This document shows positions 14,200 through 28,100 of a stretch of DNA of 64,000 nt, in pieces. A program made the translations under genes and the position numbers. Numbering within the stretch: position 1 is the stretch's first letter; every line of letters starts with the position of its first letter. Source of the stretch: Azolla caroliniana (Eukaryota; Plantae; Polypodiophyta); contig JBHGNT010000055.1 of NCBI GenBank assembly GCA_043228905.1, positions 62,001-126,000 on the forward strand. Direction: 5' to 3'. The notes below the pieces were generated by a model. The model was given only the letters and a program-made list of their open reading frames with translations. It ran no database searches and was not told where the DNA came from.

Positions 14200-16150
14200 G
14201 GCTCCTCTCAACTCCCTCCTCAAATTTGGTAATTTCGTCATGTCTCTCGACCTTAGTTTGAAAATCTTAATTATTTAGTTCCATATAATAGCTAGCGTTG
14301 TTAGGTTCGATACGAATGTTTGAACACACAAATCCGATATCACACGACCCAGGTATAAACATTTTAATTTACTCAAGGGCTCCTCTCAACTCCCTCCTCA
14401 AGTTTGCTAATTTCTTCATGTCTCTCGACCTGAGTTTTAAAATCTTGATTATTTAGTTCCATATAATAGCTAGAGTTGTTAGCTTCGATACAAATGTTTG
14501 AACACAAAAATCCGATATCACACGAGCCAGGTATGAACATTTTAATTTACTCAAGGGCTCCTCTCAACTCCCTCCTCAAATTTGGTAATTTCGTCATGTC
14601 TCTCGACCTGAGTTTCAAAATCTTGATTTTTTAGTTCCATATAATAGCTAGCGTTGTTAGCTTCGATACGAATGTTTGAACACAAAAATCCGATATCACA
14701 CGACCCAGGTATGAACATTTTAATTTACTCAAGGGCTCCTCTCAACTCCCTCCTCAAATTTGGTAATTTCGTCATGTCTCTCGACCTTAGTTTCAAAATC
14801 TTGATTATTTAGTTCCATATAATAGCTAGCGTTGTTAGCTTCGATACGAATGTTTGAACACACAAATCCGATATCACACGACCCAGGTATAAACATTTTA
14901 ATTTACTCAAGGGCTCCTCTCAACTCCCTCCTCAAGTTTGCTAATTTCTTCATATCTCTCGACCTGAGTTTTAAAATCTTGATTATTTAGTTCCATATAA
15001 TAGCTAGAGTTGTTAGCTTCGATACAAATGTTTGAACACAAAAATCCGATATCACACGAGCCAGGTATGAACATTTTAATTTACTCAAGGGCTCCTCTCA
15101 ACTCCCTCCTCAAATTTGGTAATTTCGTCATGTCTCTCGACCTGAGTTTCAAAATCTTGATTTTTTAGTTCCATATAATAGCTAGCATTGTTAGCTTCGA
15201 TACGAATGTTTGAACACAAAAATCCGATATCACACGACCCAGGTATGAACATTTTAATTTACTCAAGGGCTCCTCTCAACTCCCTCCTCAAATTTGGTAA
15301 TTTCGTCATGTCTCTCGACCTTAGTTTCAAAATCTTGATTATTTAGTTCCATATAATAGCTAGCGTTGTTAGCTTCGATACGAATGTTTGAACACACAAA
15401 TCCGATATCACACGACCCAGGTATAAACATTTTAATTTACTCAAGGGCTCCTCTCAACTCCCTCCTCAAGTTTGCTAATTTCTTCATATCTCTCGACCTG
15501 AGTTTTAAAATCTTGATTATTTAGTTCCATATAATAGCTAGAGTTGTTAGCTTCGATACAAATGTTTGAACACAAAAATCCGATATCACACGAGCCAGGT
15601 ATGAACATTTTAATTTACTCAAGGGCTCCTCTCAACTCCCTCCTCAAATTTGGTAATTTCGTCATGTCTCTCGACCTGAGTTTCAAAATCTTGATTTTTT
15701 AGTTCCATATAATAGCTAGCATTGTTAGCTTCGATACGAATGTTTGAACACAAAAATCCGATATCACACGAGCCAGGTATGAACATTTTAATTTACTCAA
15801 GGGCTCCTCTCAACTCCCTCCTCAAATTTGGTAATTTCGTCATGTCTCTCGACCTTAGTTTCAAAATCTTGATTATTTAGTTCCATATAATAGCTAGCGT
15901 TGTTAGCTTCGATACGAATGTTTGAACACACAAATCCGATATCACACGACCCAGGTATAAACATTTTAATTTACTCAAGGGCTCCTCTCAACTCCCTCCT
16001 CAAGTTTGCTAATTTCTTCATATCTCTCGACCTGAGTTTTAAAATCTTGATTATTTAGTTCCATATAATAGCTAGAGTTGTTAGCTTCGATACAAATGTT
16101 TGAACACAAAAATCCGATATCACACGAGCCAGGTATGAACATTTTAATTT
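14200..16150 (+). repeat. Run of 3-monomer (534-bp) higher-order repeats
   Basis: The tagagttg/gatacaaatg monomer occurs at 14471, 15005, 15539 and 16073. The same trimer runs recur at ~26100-27550 and ~29450-30930. Confidence 0.85.
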
Positions 16151-19100
16151 ACTCAAGGGCTCCTCTCAATGCCCTCCTCAAATTTGGTAATTTTTTCAAA
16201 TCTCTAGACCTGAATTTCAAAATCTTGATTTTTTAGTCCCATATAATAGCTAGCGTTGTTAGCTTCGATTCGCATGTTTGAACACAAAAATCCGATATCA
16301 CACGCGCCAGGTATGAACATTTTAATTTACTCAAGGGCTCCTCTCAACTCCCTCCTCAAGTTTGGTAATTTCGTCATGTCTCTCGACCTGAGTTTCAAAA
16401 TCTTGATTATTTAGTTCCATATAATAGCTAGAGTTGTTAGCTTCGATACAAATGTTTGAACACAAAAATCCGATATCACACGCGCCAGGTATGAACATTT
16501 TAATTTACTCAAGGGCTCCTCTCAACTCCCTCCTCAAATTTGGTAATTTCGTCATGTCTCTCGACCTGAGTTTCAAAATCTTGATTTTTTAGTTCCATAT
16601 AATAGCTAGCATTGTTAGCTTCGATACGAATGTTTGAACACAAAAATCCGATATCACACGAGCCAGGTATGAACATTTTAATTTACTCAAGGGCTCCTCT
16701 CAACTCCCTCCTCAAATTTGGTAATTTCGTCATGTCTCTCGACCTTAGTTTCAAAATCTTGATTATTTAGTTCCATATAATAGCTAGCGTTGTTAGCTTC
16801 GATACGAATGTTTGAACACACAAATCCGATATCACACGACCCAGGTATAAACATTTTAATTTACTCAAGGGCTCCTCTCAATGCCCTCCTCAAATTTGGT
16901 AATTTCTTCAAATCTCTAGACCTGAGTTTCAAAATCTTGATTTTTTAGTCCCATATAATAGCTAGCGTTGTTAGCTTCGATTCGCATGTTTGAACACAAA
17001 AATCCGATATCACACGCGCCAGGTATGAACATTTTAATTTACTCAAGGGCTCCTCTCAACTCCCTCCTCAAATTTGGTAATTTCGTCATGTCTCTCGACC
17101 TTAGTTTCAAAATCTTGATTATTTAGTTCCATATAATAGCTAGCGTTGTTAGCTTCGATACGAATGTTTGAACACACAAATCCGATATCACACGACCCAG
17201 GTATAAACATTTTAAATTACTCAAGGGCTCCTCTCAAATACCTCCTCAAGTTTGCTAATATCTTCATATCTCTCGACCTGAGTTTTAAAATCTTGATTAT
17301 TTAGTTCCATATAATAGCTAGAGTTGTTAGCTTCGATACAAATGTTTGAACACAAAAATCCGATATCACACGAGCCAGGTATGAACATTTTAATTTACTC
17401 AAGGGCTCCTCTCAACTCACTCCTCAAGATTGCTAATTTCTTCATATTTCTCGACCTGAGTTTCAAAATCTTTATTTTTCAGTTCCATAGAATAGCTATC
17501 ATTGTTAGCTTGATTCGCATGTTTGAACACAAAAATCCGATATCACACGAGCCAGGTATGAACATTTTAATTTACTCAAGGGGTCCTCTCAACTCCCTCC
17601 TCAAATTTGGTAATTTCGTCATGTCTCTCGACCTGAGTTTCAAAATCATGATTTTTTAATTTCATATCATAGCTAGCGTTGTTAGCTTCGATTCGCATGT
17701 TTGAACACAAAAATCCGATATCACACGAGCCAGGTATGAACATTTTAATTTACTCAAGGGCTCCTCTCAATGCCCTCCTCAAATTTGGTAATTTTTTCAA
17801 ATCTCTAGACCTGAATTTCAAAATCTTGATTTTTTAGTCCCATATAATAGCTAGCGTTGTTAGCTTCGATTCGCATGTTTGAACACAAAAATCCGATATC
17901 ACACGCGCCAGGTATGAACATTTTAATTTACTCAAGGGCTCCTCTCAACTCCCTCCTCAAATTTGGTAATTTCGTCATGTCTCTCGACCTGAGTTTCAAA
18001 ATCTTGATTTTTTAGTTCCATATAATAGCTAGCGTTGTTAGCTTCGATACGAATGTTTGAACACAAAAATCCGATATCACACGAGCCAGGTATGAACATT
18101 TTAATTTACTCAAGGGCTCCTCTCAACTCCCTCCTCAAATTTGGTAATTTCGTCATGTCTCTCGACCTGAGTTTCAAAATCTTGATTTTTTAGTTCCATA
18201 TAATAGCTAGCGTTGTTAGCTTCGATTCGAATGTTTGAACACAAAAATCCGATATCACACGAGCCAGGTATGAACATTTTAATTTACTCAAGGGCTCCTC
18301 TCAACTCCCTCCTCAAATTTGGTAATTTCGTCATGTCTCTCGACCTTTGTTTCAAAATCTTGATTATTTAGTTCCATATAATAGCTAGCGTTGTTAGCTT
18401 CGATACGAATGTTTGAACACACAAATCCGATATCACACGACCCAGGTATAAACATTTTAATTTACTCAAGGGCTCCTCTCAACTCCCTCCTCAAGTTTGC
18501 TAATTTCTTCATATCTCTCGACCTGAGTTTTAAAATCTTGATTATTTAGTTCCATATAATAGCTAGAGTTGTTAGCTTCGATACAAATGTTTGAACACAA
18601 AAATCCGATATCACACGACCCAGGTATGAACATTTTAATTTACTCAAGGGCTCCTCTCAACTCCCTCCTCAAATTTGGTAATTTCGTCATGTCTCTCGAC
18701 CTGAGTTTCAAAATCTTGATTTTTTAGTTCCATATAATAGCTAGCATTGTTAGCTTCGATACGAATGTTTGAACACAAAAATCCGATATCACACGAGCCA
18801 GGTATGAACATTTTAATTTACTCAAGGGCTCCTCTCAACTCCCTCCTCAAATTTGGTAATTTCGTCATGTCTCTCGACCTTAGTTTCAAAATCTTGATTA
18901 TTTAGTTCCATATAATAGCTAGCGTTGTTAGCTTCGATACGAATGTTTGAACACACAAATCCGATATCACACGACCCAGGTATAAACATTTTAATTTACT
19001 CAAGGGCTCCTCTCAACTCCCTCCTCAAGTTTGCTAATTTCTTCATATCTCTCGACCTGAGTTTTAAAATCTTGATTATTTAGTTCCATATAATAGCTAG

Positions 19101-22100
19101 AGTTGTTAGCTTCGATACAAATGTTTGAACACAAAAATCCGATATCACACGAGCCAGGTATGAACATTTTAATTTACTCAAGGGCTCCTCTCAATGCCCT
19201 CCTCAAATTTGGTAATTTTTTCAAATCTCTAGACCTGAATTTCAAAATCTTGATTTTTTAGTCCCATATAATAGCTAGCGTTGTTAGCTTCGATTCGCAT
19301 GTTTGAACACAAAAATCCGATATCACACGCGCCAGGTATGAACATTTTAATTTACTCAAGGGCTCCTCTCAACTCCCTCCTCAAGTTTGGTAATTTCGTC
19401 ATGTCTCTCGACCTGAGTTTCAAAATCTTGATTTTTTAGTTCCATATAATAGCTAGCGTTGTTAGCTTCGATACGAATGTTTGAACACAAAAATCCGATA
19501 TCACACGCGCCAGGTATGAACATTTTAATTTACTCAAGGGCTCCTCTCAACTCCCTCCTCAAATTTGGTAATTTCGTCATGTCTCTCGACCTGAGTTTCA
19601 AAATCATGATTTTTTAGTTCCATATAATAGCTAGCGTTGTTAGCTTCGATACGAATGTTTGAACACAAAAATCCGATATCACACGACCCAGGTATGAACA
19701 TTTTAATTTACTCAACGGCTCCTCTCAATGCCCTCCTCAAATTTGGTAATTTCTTCAAATCTCTAGACCTGAATTTCAAAATCTTGATTTTTTAGTCCCA
19801 TATAATAGCTAGCGTTGTTAGCTTCGATTCGCATGTTTGAACACAAAAATCCGATATCACACGAGCCAGGTATGAACATTTTAATTTACTCAAGGGCTCC
19901 TCTCAACTCCCTCCTCAAGTTTGGTAATTTCGTCATGTCTCTCGACCTGAGTTTCAAAATCTTGATTTTTTAGTTCCATATAATAGCTAGCGTTGTTAGC
20001 TTCGATACGAATGTTTGAACACAAAAATCCGATATCACACGCGCCAGGTATGAACATTTTAATTTACTCAAGGGCTCCTCTCAACTCCCTCCTCAAATTT
20101 GGTAATTTCTTCATATCTCTCGACCTGAGTTTCAAAATCATGATTATTTAGTTCCATATAATAGCTAGCGTTGTTAGCTTCGATACGAATGTTTGAACAC
20201 AAAAATCCGATATCACACGACCCAGGTATGAACATTTTAATTTACTCAAGGGCTCCTCTCAATGCCCTCCTCAAATTTGGTAATTTCTTCAAATCTCAAG
20301 ACCTGAGTTTCAAAATCTTGATTTTTTAGTCCCATATAATAGCTAGCGTTGTTAGCTTCGATTCGCATGTTTGAACACAAAAATCCGATATCACACGCGC
20401 CAGGTATGAACATTTTAATTTACTCAAGGGCTCCTCTCAACTCCCTCCTCAAATTTGGTAATTTCGTCATGTCTCTCGACCTGAGTTTCAAAATCTTGAT
20501 TTTTTAGTTCCATATAATAGCTAGCGTTGTTAGCTTCGATACGAATGTTTGAACACAAAAATCCGATATCACACGCGCCAGGTATGAACATTTTAATTTA
20601 CTCAAGGGCTCCTCTCAACTCCCTCCTCAAGTTTGCTAATTTCTTCATATCTCTCGACCTGAGTTTTAAAATCTTGATTATTTAGTTCCATATAATAGCT
20701 AGAGTTGTTAGCTTCGATACAAATGTTTGAACACAAAAATCCGATATCACACGAGCCAGGTATGAACATTTTAATTTACTCAAGGGCTCCTCTCAATGCC
20801 CTCCTCAAATTTGGTAATTTCTTCAAATCTCAAGACCTGAATTTCAAAATCTTGATTTTTTAGTCCCATATAATAGCTAGCGTTGTTAGCTTCGATTCGC
20901 ATGTTTGAACACAAAAATCCGATATCACACGCGCCAGGTATGAACATTTTAATTTACTCAAGGGCTCCTCTCAACTCCCTCCTCAAATTTGGTAATTTCG
21001 TCATGTCTCTCGACCTGAGTTTCAAAATCTTGATTTTTTAGTTCCATATAATAGCTAGCGTTGTTAGCTTCGATACGAATGTTTGAACACAAAAATCCGA
21101 TATCACACGCGCCAGGTATGAACATTTTAATTTACTCAAGGGGTCCTCTCAACTCCCTCCTCAAATTTGGTAATTTCGTCATGTCTCTCGACCTGAGTTT
21201 CAAAATCTTGATTTTTTAGTTCCATATAATAGCTAGCGTTGTTAGCTTCGATACGAATGTTTGAACACACAAATCCGATATCACACGACCCAGGTATAAA
21301 CATTTTAATTTACTCAAGGGCTCCTCTCAACTCACTCCTCAAGATTGCTAATTTCTTCATATTTCTCGACCTGAGTTTCAAAATCTTTATTTTTCAGTTC
21401 CATAGAATAGCTATCATTGTTAGCTTGATTCGCATGTTTGAACACAAAAATCCGATATCACACGAGCCAGGTATGAACATTTTAATTTACTCAAGGGGTC
21501 CTCTCAACTCCCTCCTCAAATTTGGTAATTTCGTCATGTCTCTCGACCTGAGTTTCAAAATCATGATTTTTTAATTTCATATCATAGCTAGCGTTGTTAG
21601 CTTCGATTCGCATGTTTGAACACAAAAATCCGATATCACACGAGCCAGGTATGAACATTTTAATTTACTCAAGGGCTCCTCTCAATGCCCTCCTCAAATT
21701 TGGTAATTTTTTCAAATCTCTAGACCTGAATTTCAAAATCTTGATTTTTTAGTCCCATATAATAGCTAGCGTTGTTAGCTTCGATTCGCATGTTTGAACA
21801 CAAAAATCCGATATCACACGCGCCAGGTATGAACATTTTAATTTACTCAAGGGCTCCTCTCAACTCCCTCCTCAAATTTGGTAATTTCGTCATGTCTCTC
21901 GACCTGAGTTTCAAAATCTTGATTTTTTAGTTCCATATAATAGCTAGCGTTGTTAGCTTCGATACGAATGTTTGAACACAAAAATCCGATATCACACGAG
22001 CCAGGTATGAACATTTTAATTTACTCAAGGGCTCCTCTCAACTCCCTCCTCAAATTTGGTAATTTCGTCATGTCTCTCGACCTGAGTTTCAAAATCTTGA

Positions 22101-25100
22101 TTTTTTAGTTCCATATAATAGCTAGCGTTGTTAGCTTCGATACGAATGTTTGAACACAAAAATCCGATATCACACGACCCAGGTATGAACATTTTAATTT
22201 ACTCAAGGGCTCCTCTCAACTCCCTCCTCAAATTTGGTAATTTCGTCATGTCTCTCGACCTTTGTTTCAAAATCTTGATTATTTAGTTCCATATAATAGC
22301 TAGCGTTGTTAGCTTCGATACGAATGTTTGAACACACAAATCCGATATCACACGACCCAGGTATAAACATTTTAATTTACTCAAGGGCTCCTCTCAACTC
22401 CCTCCTCAAGTTTGCTAATTTCTTCATATCTCTCGACCTGAGTTTTAAAATCTTGATTATTTAGTTCCATATAATAGCTAGAGTTGTTAGCTTCGATACA
22501 AATGTTTGAACACAAAAATCCGATATCACACGAGCCAGGTATGAACATTTTAATTTACTCAAGGGCTCCTCTCAATGCCCTCCTCAAATTTGGTAATTTT
22601 TTCAAATCTCTAGACCTGAATTTCAAAATCTTGATTTTTTAGTCCCATATAATAGCTAGCGTTGTTAGCTTCGATTCGCATGTTTGAACACAAAAATCCG
22701 ATATCACACGCGCCAGGTATGAACATTTTAATTTACTCAAGGGCTCCTCTCAACTCCCTCCTCAAGTTTGGTAATTTCGTCATGTCTCTCGACCTGAGTT
22801 TCAAAATCTTGATTTTTTAGTTCCATATAATAGCTAGCGTTGTTAGCTTCGATACGAATGTTTGAACACAAAAATCCGATATCACACGCGCCAGGTATGA
22901 ACATTTTAATTTACTCAAGGGCTCCTCTCAACTCCCTCCTCAAATTTGGTAATTTCGTCATGTCTCTCGACCTGAGTTTCAAAATCATGATTTTTTAGTT
23001 CCATATAATAGCTAGCGTTGTTAGCTTCGATACGAATGTTTGAACACAAAAATCCGATATCACACGACCCAGGTATGAACATTTTAATTTACTCAACGGC
23101 TCCTCTCAATGCCCTCCTCAAATTTGGTAATTTCTTCAAATCTCTAGACCTGAGTTTCAAAATCTTGATTTTTTAGTCCCATATAATAGCTAGCGTTGTT
23201 AGCTTCGATTCGCATGTTTGAACACAAAAATCCGATATCACACGAGCCAGGTATGAACATTTTAATTTACTCAAGGGCTCCTCTCAACTCCCTCCTCAAG
23301 TTTGGTAATTTCGTCATGTCTCTCGACCTGAGTTTCAAAATCTTGATTTTTTAGTTCCATATAATAGCTAGCGTTGTTAGCTTCGATACGAATGTTTGAA
23401 CACAAAAATCCGATATCACACGCGCCAGGTATGAACATTTTAATTTACTCAAGGGCTCCTCTCAACTCCCTCCTCAAGTTTGCTAATTTCTTCATATCTC
23501 TCGACCTGAGTTTTAAAATCTTGATTATTTAGTTCCATATAATAGCTAGAGTTGTTAGCTTCGATACAAATGTTTGAACACAAAAATCCGATATCACACG
23601 AGCCAGGTATGAACATTTTAATTTACTCAAGGGCTCCTCTCAATGCCCTCCTCAAATTTGGTAATTTCTTCAAATCTCAAGACCTGAATTTCAAAATCTT
23701 GATTTTTTAGTCCCATATAATAGCTAGCGTTGTTAGCTTCGATTCGCATGTTTGAACACAAAAATCCGATATCACACGCGCCAGGTATGAACATTTTAAT
23801 TTACTCAAGGGCTCCTCTCAACTCCCTCCTCAAATTTGGTAATTTCGTCATGTCTCTCGACCTGAGTTTCAAAATCTTGATTTTTTAGTTCCATATAATA
23901 GCTAGCGTTGTTAGCTTCGATACGAATGTTTGAACACAAAAATCCGATATCACACGCGCCAGGTATGAACATTTTAATTTACTCAAGGGGTCCTCTCAAC
24001 TCCCTCCTCAAATTTGGTAATTTCGTCATGTCTCTCGACCTGAGTTTCAAAATCTTGATTTTTTAGTTCCATATAATAGCTAGCGTTGTTAGCTTCGATA
24101 CGAATGTTTGAACACACAAATCCGATATCACACGACCCAGGTATAAACATTTTAATTTACTCAAGGGCTCCTCTCAACTCACTCCTCAAGATTGCTAATT
24201 TCTTCATATTTCTCGACCTGAGTTTCAAAATCTTTATTTTTCAGTTCCATAGAATAGCTATCATTGTTAGCTTGATTCGCATGTTTGAACACAAAAATCC
24301 GATATCACACGAGCCAGGTATGAACATTTTAATTTACTCAAGGGGTCCTCTCAACTCCCTCCTCAAATTTGGTAATTTCGTCATGTCTCTCGACCTGAGT
24401 TTCAAAATCATGATTTTTTAGTTCCATATAATAGCTAGCGTTGTTAGCTTCGATACGAATGTTTGAACACAAAAATCCGATATCACACGACCCAGGTATG
24501 AACATTTTAATTTACTCAAGGGCTCCTCTCAATGCCCTCCTCAAATTTGGTAATTTCTTCAAATCTCTAGACCTGAGTTTCAAAATCTTGATTTTTTAGT
24601 CCCATATAATAGCTAGCGTTGTTAGCTTCGATTCGCATGTTTGAACACAAAAATCCGATATCACACGCGCCAGGTATGAACATTTTAATTTACTCAAGGG
24701 CTCCTCTCAACTCCCTCCTCAAATTTGGTAATTTCGTCATGTCTCTCGACCTTAGTTTCAAAATCTTGATTATTTAGTTCCATATAATAGCTAGCGTTGT
24801 TAGCTTCGATACGAATGTTTGAACACACAAATCCGATATCACACGACCCAGGTATAAACATTTTAAATTACTCAAGGGCTCCTCTCAAATACCTCCTCAA
24901 GTTTGCTAATATCTTCATATCTCTCGACCTGAGTTTTAAAATCTTGATTATTTAGTTCCATATAATAGCTAGAGTTGTTAGCTTCGATACAAATGTTTGA
25001 ACACAAAAATCCGATATCACACGAGCCAGGTATGAACATTTTAATTTACTCAAGGGCTCCTCTCAACTCACTCCTCAAGATTGCTAATTTCTTCATATTT

Positions 25101-28100
25101 CTCGACCTGAGTTTCAAAATCTTTATTTTTCAGTTCCATAGAATAGCTATCATTGTTAGCTTGATTCGCATGTTTGAACACAAAAATCCGATATCACACG
25201 AGCCAGGTATGAACATTTTAATTTACTCAAGGGGTCCTCTCAACTCCCTCCTCAAATTTGGTAATTTCGTCATGTCTCTCGACCTGAGTTTCAAAATCAT
25301 GATTTTTTAATTTCATATCATAGCTAGCGTTGTTAGCTTCGATTCGCATGTTTGAACACAAAAATCCGATATCACACGAGCCAGGTATGAACATTTTAAT
25401 TTACTCAAGGGCTCCTCTCAATGCCCTCCTCAAATTTGGTAATTTTTTCAAATCTCTAGACCTGAATTTCAAAATCTTGATTTTTTAGTCCCATATAATA
25501 GCTAGCGTTGTTAGCTTCGATTCGCATGTTTGAACACAAAAATCCGATATCACACGCGCCAGGTATGAACATTTTAATTTACTCAAGGGCTCCTCTCAAC
25601 TCCCTCCTCAAATTTGGTAATTTCGTCATGTCTCTCGACCTGAGTTTCAAAATCTTGATTTTTTAGTTCCATATAATAGCTAGCGTTGTTAGCTTCGATA
25701 CGAATGTTTGAACACAAAAATCCGATATCACACGAGCCAGGTATGAACATTTTAATTTACTCAAGGGCTCCTCTCAACTCCCTCCTCAAATTTGGTAATT
25801 TCGTCATGTCTCTCGACCTGAGTTTCAAAATCTTGATTTTTTAGTTCCATATAATAGCTAGCGTTGTTAGCTTCGATACGAATGTTTGAACACAAAAATC
25901 CGATATCACACGAGCCAGGTATGAACATTTTAATTTACTCAAGGGCTCCTCTCAACTCCCTCCTCAAATTTGCTAATTTCGTCATGTCTCTCGACCTGAG
26001 TTTCAAAATCTTGATTTTTTAGTTCCATATAATAGCTAGCGTTGTTAGCTTCGATACGAATGTTTGAACACAAAAATCCGATATCACACGACCCAGGTAT
26101 GAACATTTTACTTTACTCAAGGGCTCCTCTCAACTCCCTCCTCAAATTTGGTAATTTCGTCATGTCTCTCGACCTTAGTTTCAAAATCTTGATTATTTAG
26201 TTCCATATAATAGCTAGCGTTGTTAGCTTCGATACGAATGTTTGAACACACAAATCCGATATCACACGACCAAGGTATAAACATTTTAATTTACTCAAGG
26301 GCTCCTCTCAACTCCCTCCTCAAGTTTGCTAATTTCTTCATATCTCTCGACCTGAGTTTTAAAATCTTGATTATTTAGTTCCATATAATAGCTAGAGTTG
26401 TTAGCTTCGATACAAATGTTTGAACACAAAAATCCGATATCACACGAGCCAGGTATGAACATTTTAATTTACTCAAGGGCTCCTCTCAACTCCCTCCTCA
26501 AATTTGGTAATTTCGTCATGTCTCTCGACCTGAGTTTCAAAATCTTGATTTTTTAGTTCCCTATAATAGCTAGCATTGTTAGCTTCGATACGAATGTTTG
26601 AACACAAAAATCCGATATCACACGACCCAGGTATGAACATTTTAATTTACTCAAGGGCTCCTCTCAACTCCCTCCTCAAATTTGGTAATTTCGTCATGTC
26701 TCTCGACCTTAGTTTCAAAATCTTGATTATTTAGTTCCATATAATAGCTAGCGTTGTTAGCTTCGATACGAATGTTTGAACACACAAATCCGATATCACA
26801 CGACCCAGGTAAAAACATTTTAATTTACTCAAGGGCTCCTCTCAACTCCCTCCTCAAGTTTGCTAATTTCTTCATATCTCTCGACCTGAGTTTTAAAATC
26901 TTGATTATTTAGTTCCATATAATAGCTAGAGTTGTTAGCTTCGATACAAATGTTTGAACACAAAAATCCGATATCACACGAGCCAGGTATGAACATTTTA
27001 ATTTACTCAAGGGCTCCTCTCAACTCCCTCCTCAAATTTGGTAATTTCGTCATGTCTCTCGACCTGAGTTTCAAAATCTTGATTTTTTAGTTCCATATAA
27101 TAGCTAGCATTGTTAGCTTCGATACGAATGTTTGAACACAAAAATCCGATATCACACGACCCAGGTATGAACATTTTAATTTACTCAAGGGCTCCTCTCA
27201 ACTCCCTCCTCAAATTTGGTAATTTCGTCATGTCTCTCGACCTTAGTTTCAAAATCTTGATTATTTAGTTCCATATAATAGCTAGCGTTGTTAGCTTCGA
27301 TACGAATGTTTGAACACACAAATCCGATATCACACGACCCAGGTATAAACATTTTAATTTACTCAAGGGCTCCTCTCAACTCCCTCCTCAAGTTTGCTAA
27401 TTTCTTCATATCTCTCGACCTGAGTTTTAAAATCTTGATTATTTAGTTCCATATAATAGCTAGAGTTGTTAGCTTCGATACAAATGTTTGAACACAAAAA
27501 TCCGATATCACACGAGCCAGGTATGAACATTTTAATTTACTCAAGGGCTCCTCTCAATGCCCTCCTCAAATTTGGTAATTTTTTCAAATCTCTAGACCTG
27601 AATTTCAAAATCTTGATTTTTTAGTCCCATATAATAGCTAGCGTTGTTAGCTTCGATTCGCATGTTTGAACACAAAAATCCGATATCACACGCGCCAGGT
27701 ATGAACATTTTAATTTACTCAAGGGCTCCTCTCAACTCCCTCCTCAAGTTTGGTAATTTCGTCATGTCTCTCGACCTGAGTTTCAAAATCTTGATTTTTT
27801 AGTTCCATATAATAGCTAGCGTTGTTAGCTTCGATACGAATGTTTGAACACAAAAATCCGATATCACACGCGCCAGGTATGAACATTTTAATTTACTCAA
27901 GGGCTCCTCTCAACTCCCTCCTCAAATTTGGTAATTTCGTCATGTCTCTCGACCTGAGTTTCAAAATCATGATTTTTTAGTTCCATATAATAGCTAGCGT
28001 TGTTAGCTTCGATACGAATGTTTGAACACAAAAATCCGATATCACACGACCCAGGTATGAACATTTTAATTTACTCAACGGCTCCTCTCAATGCCCTCCT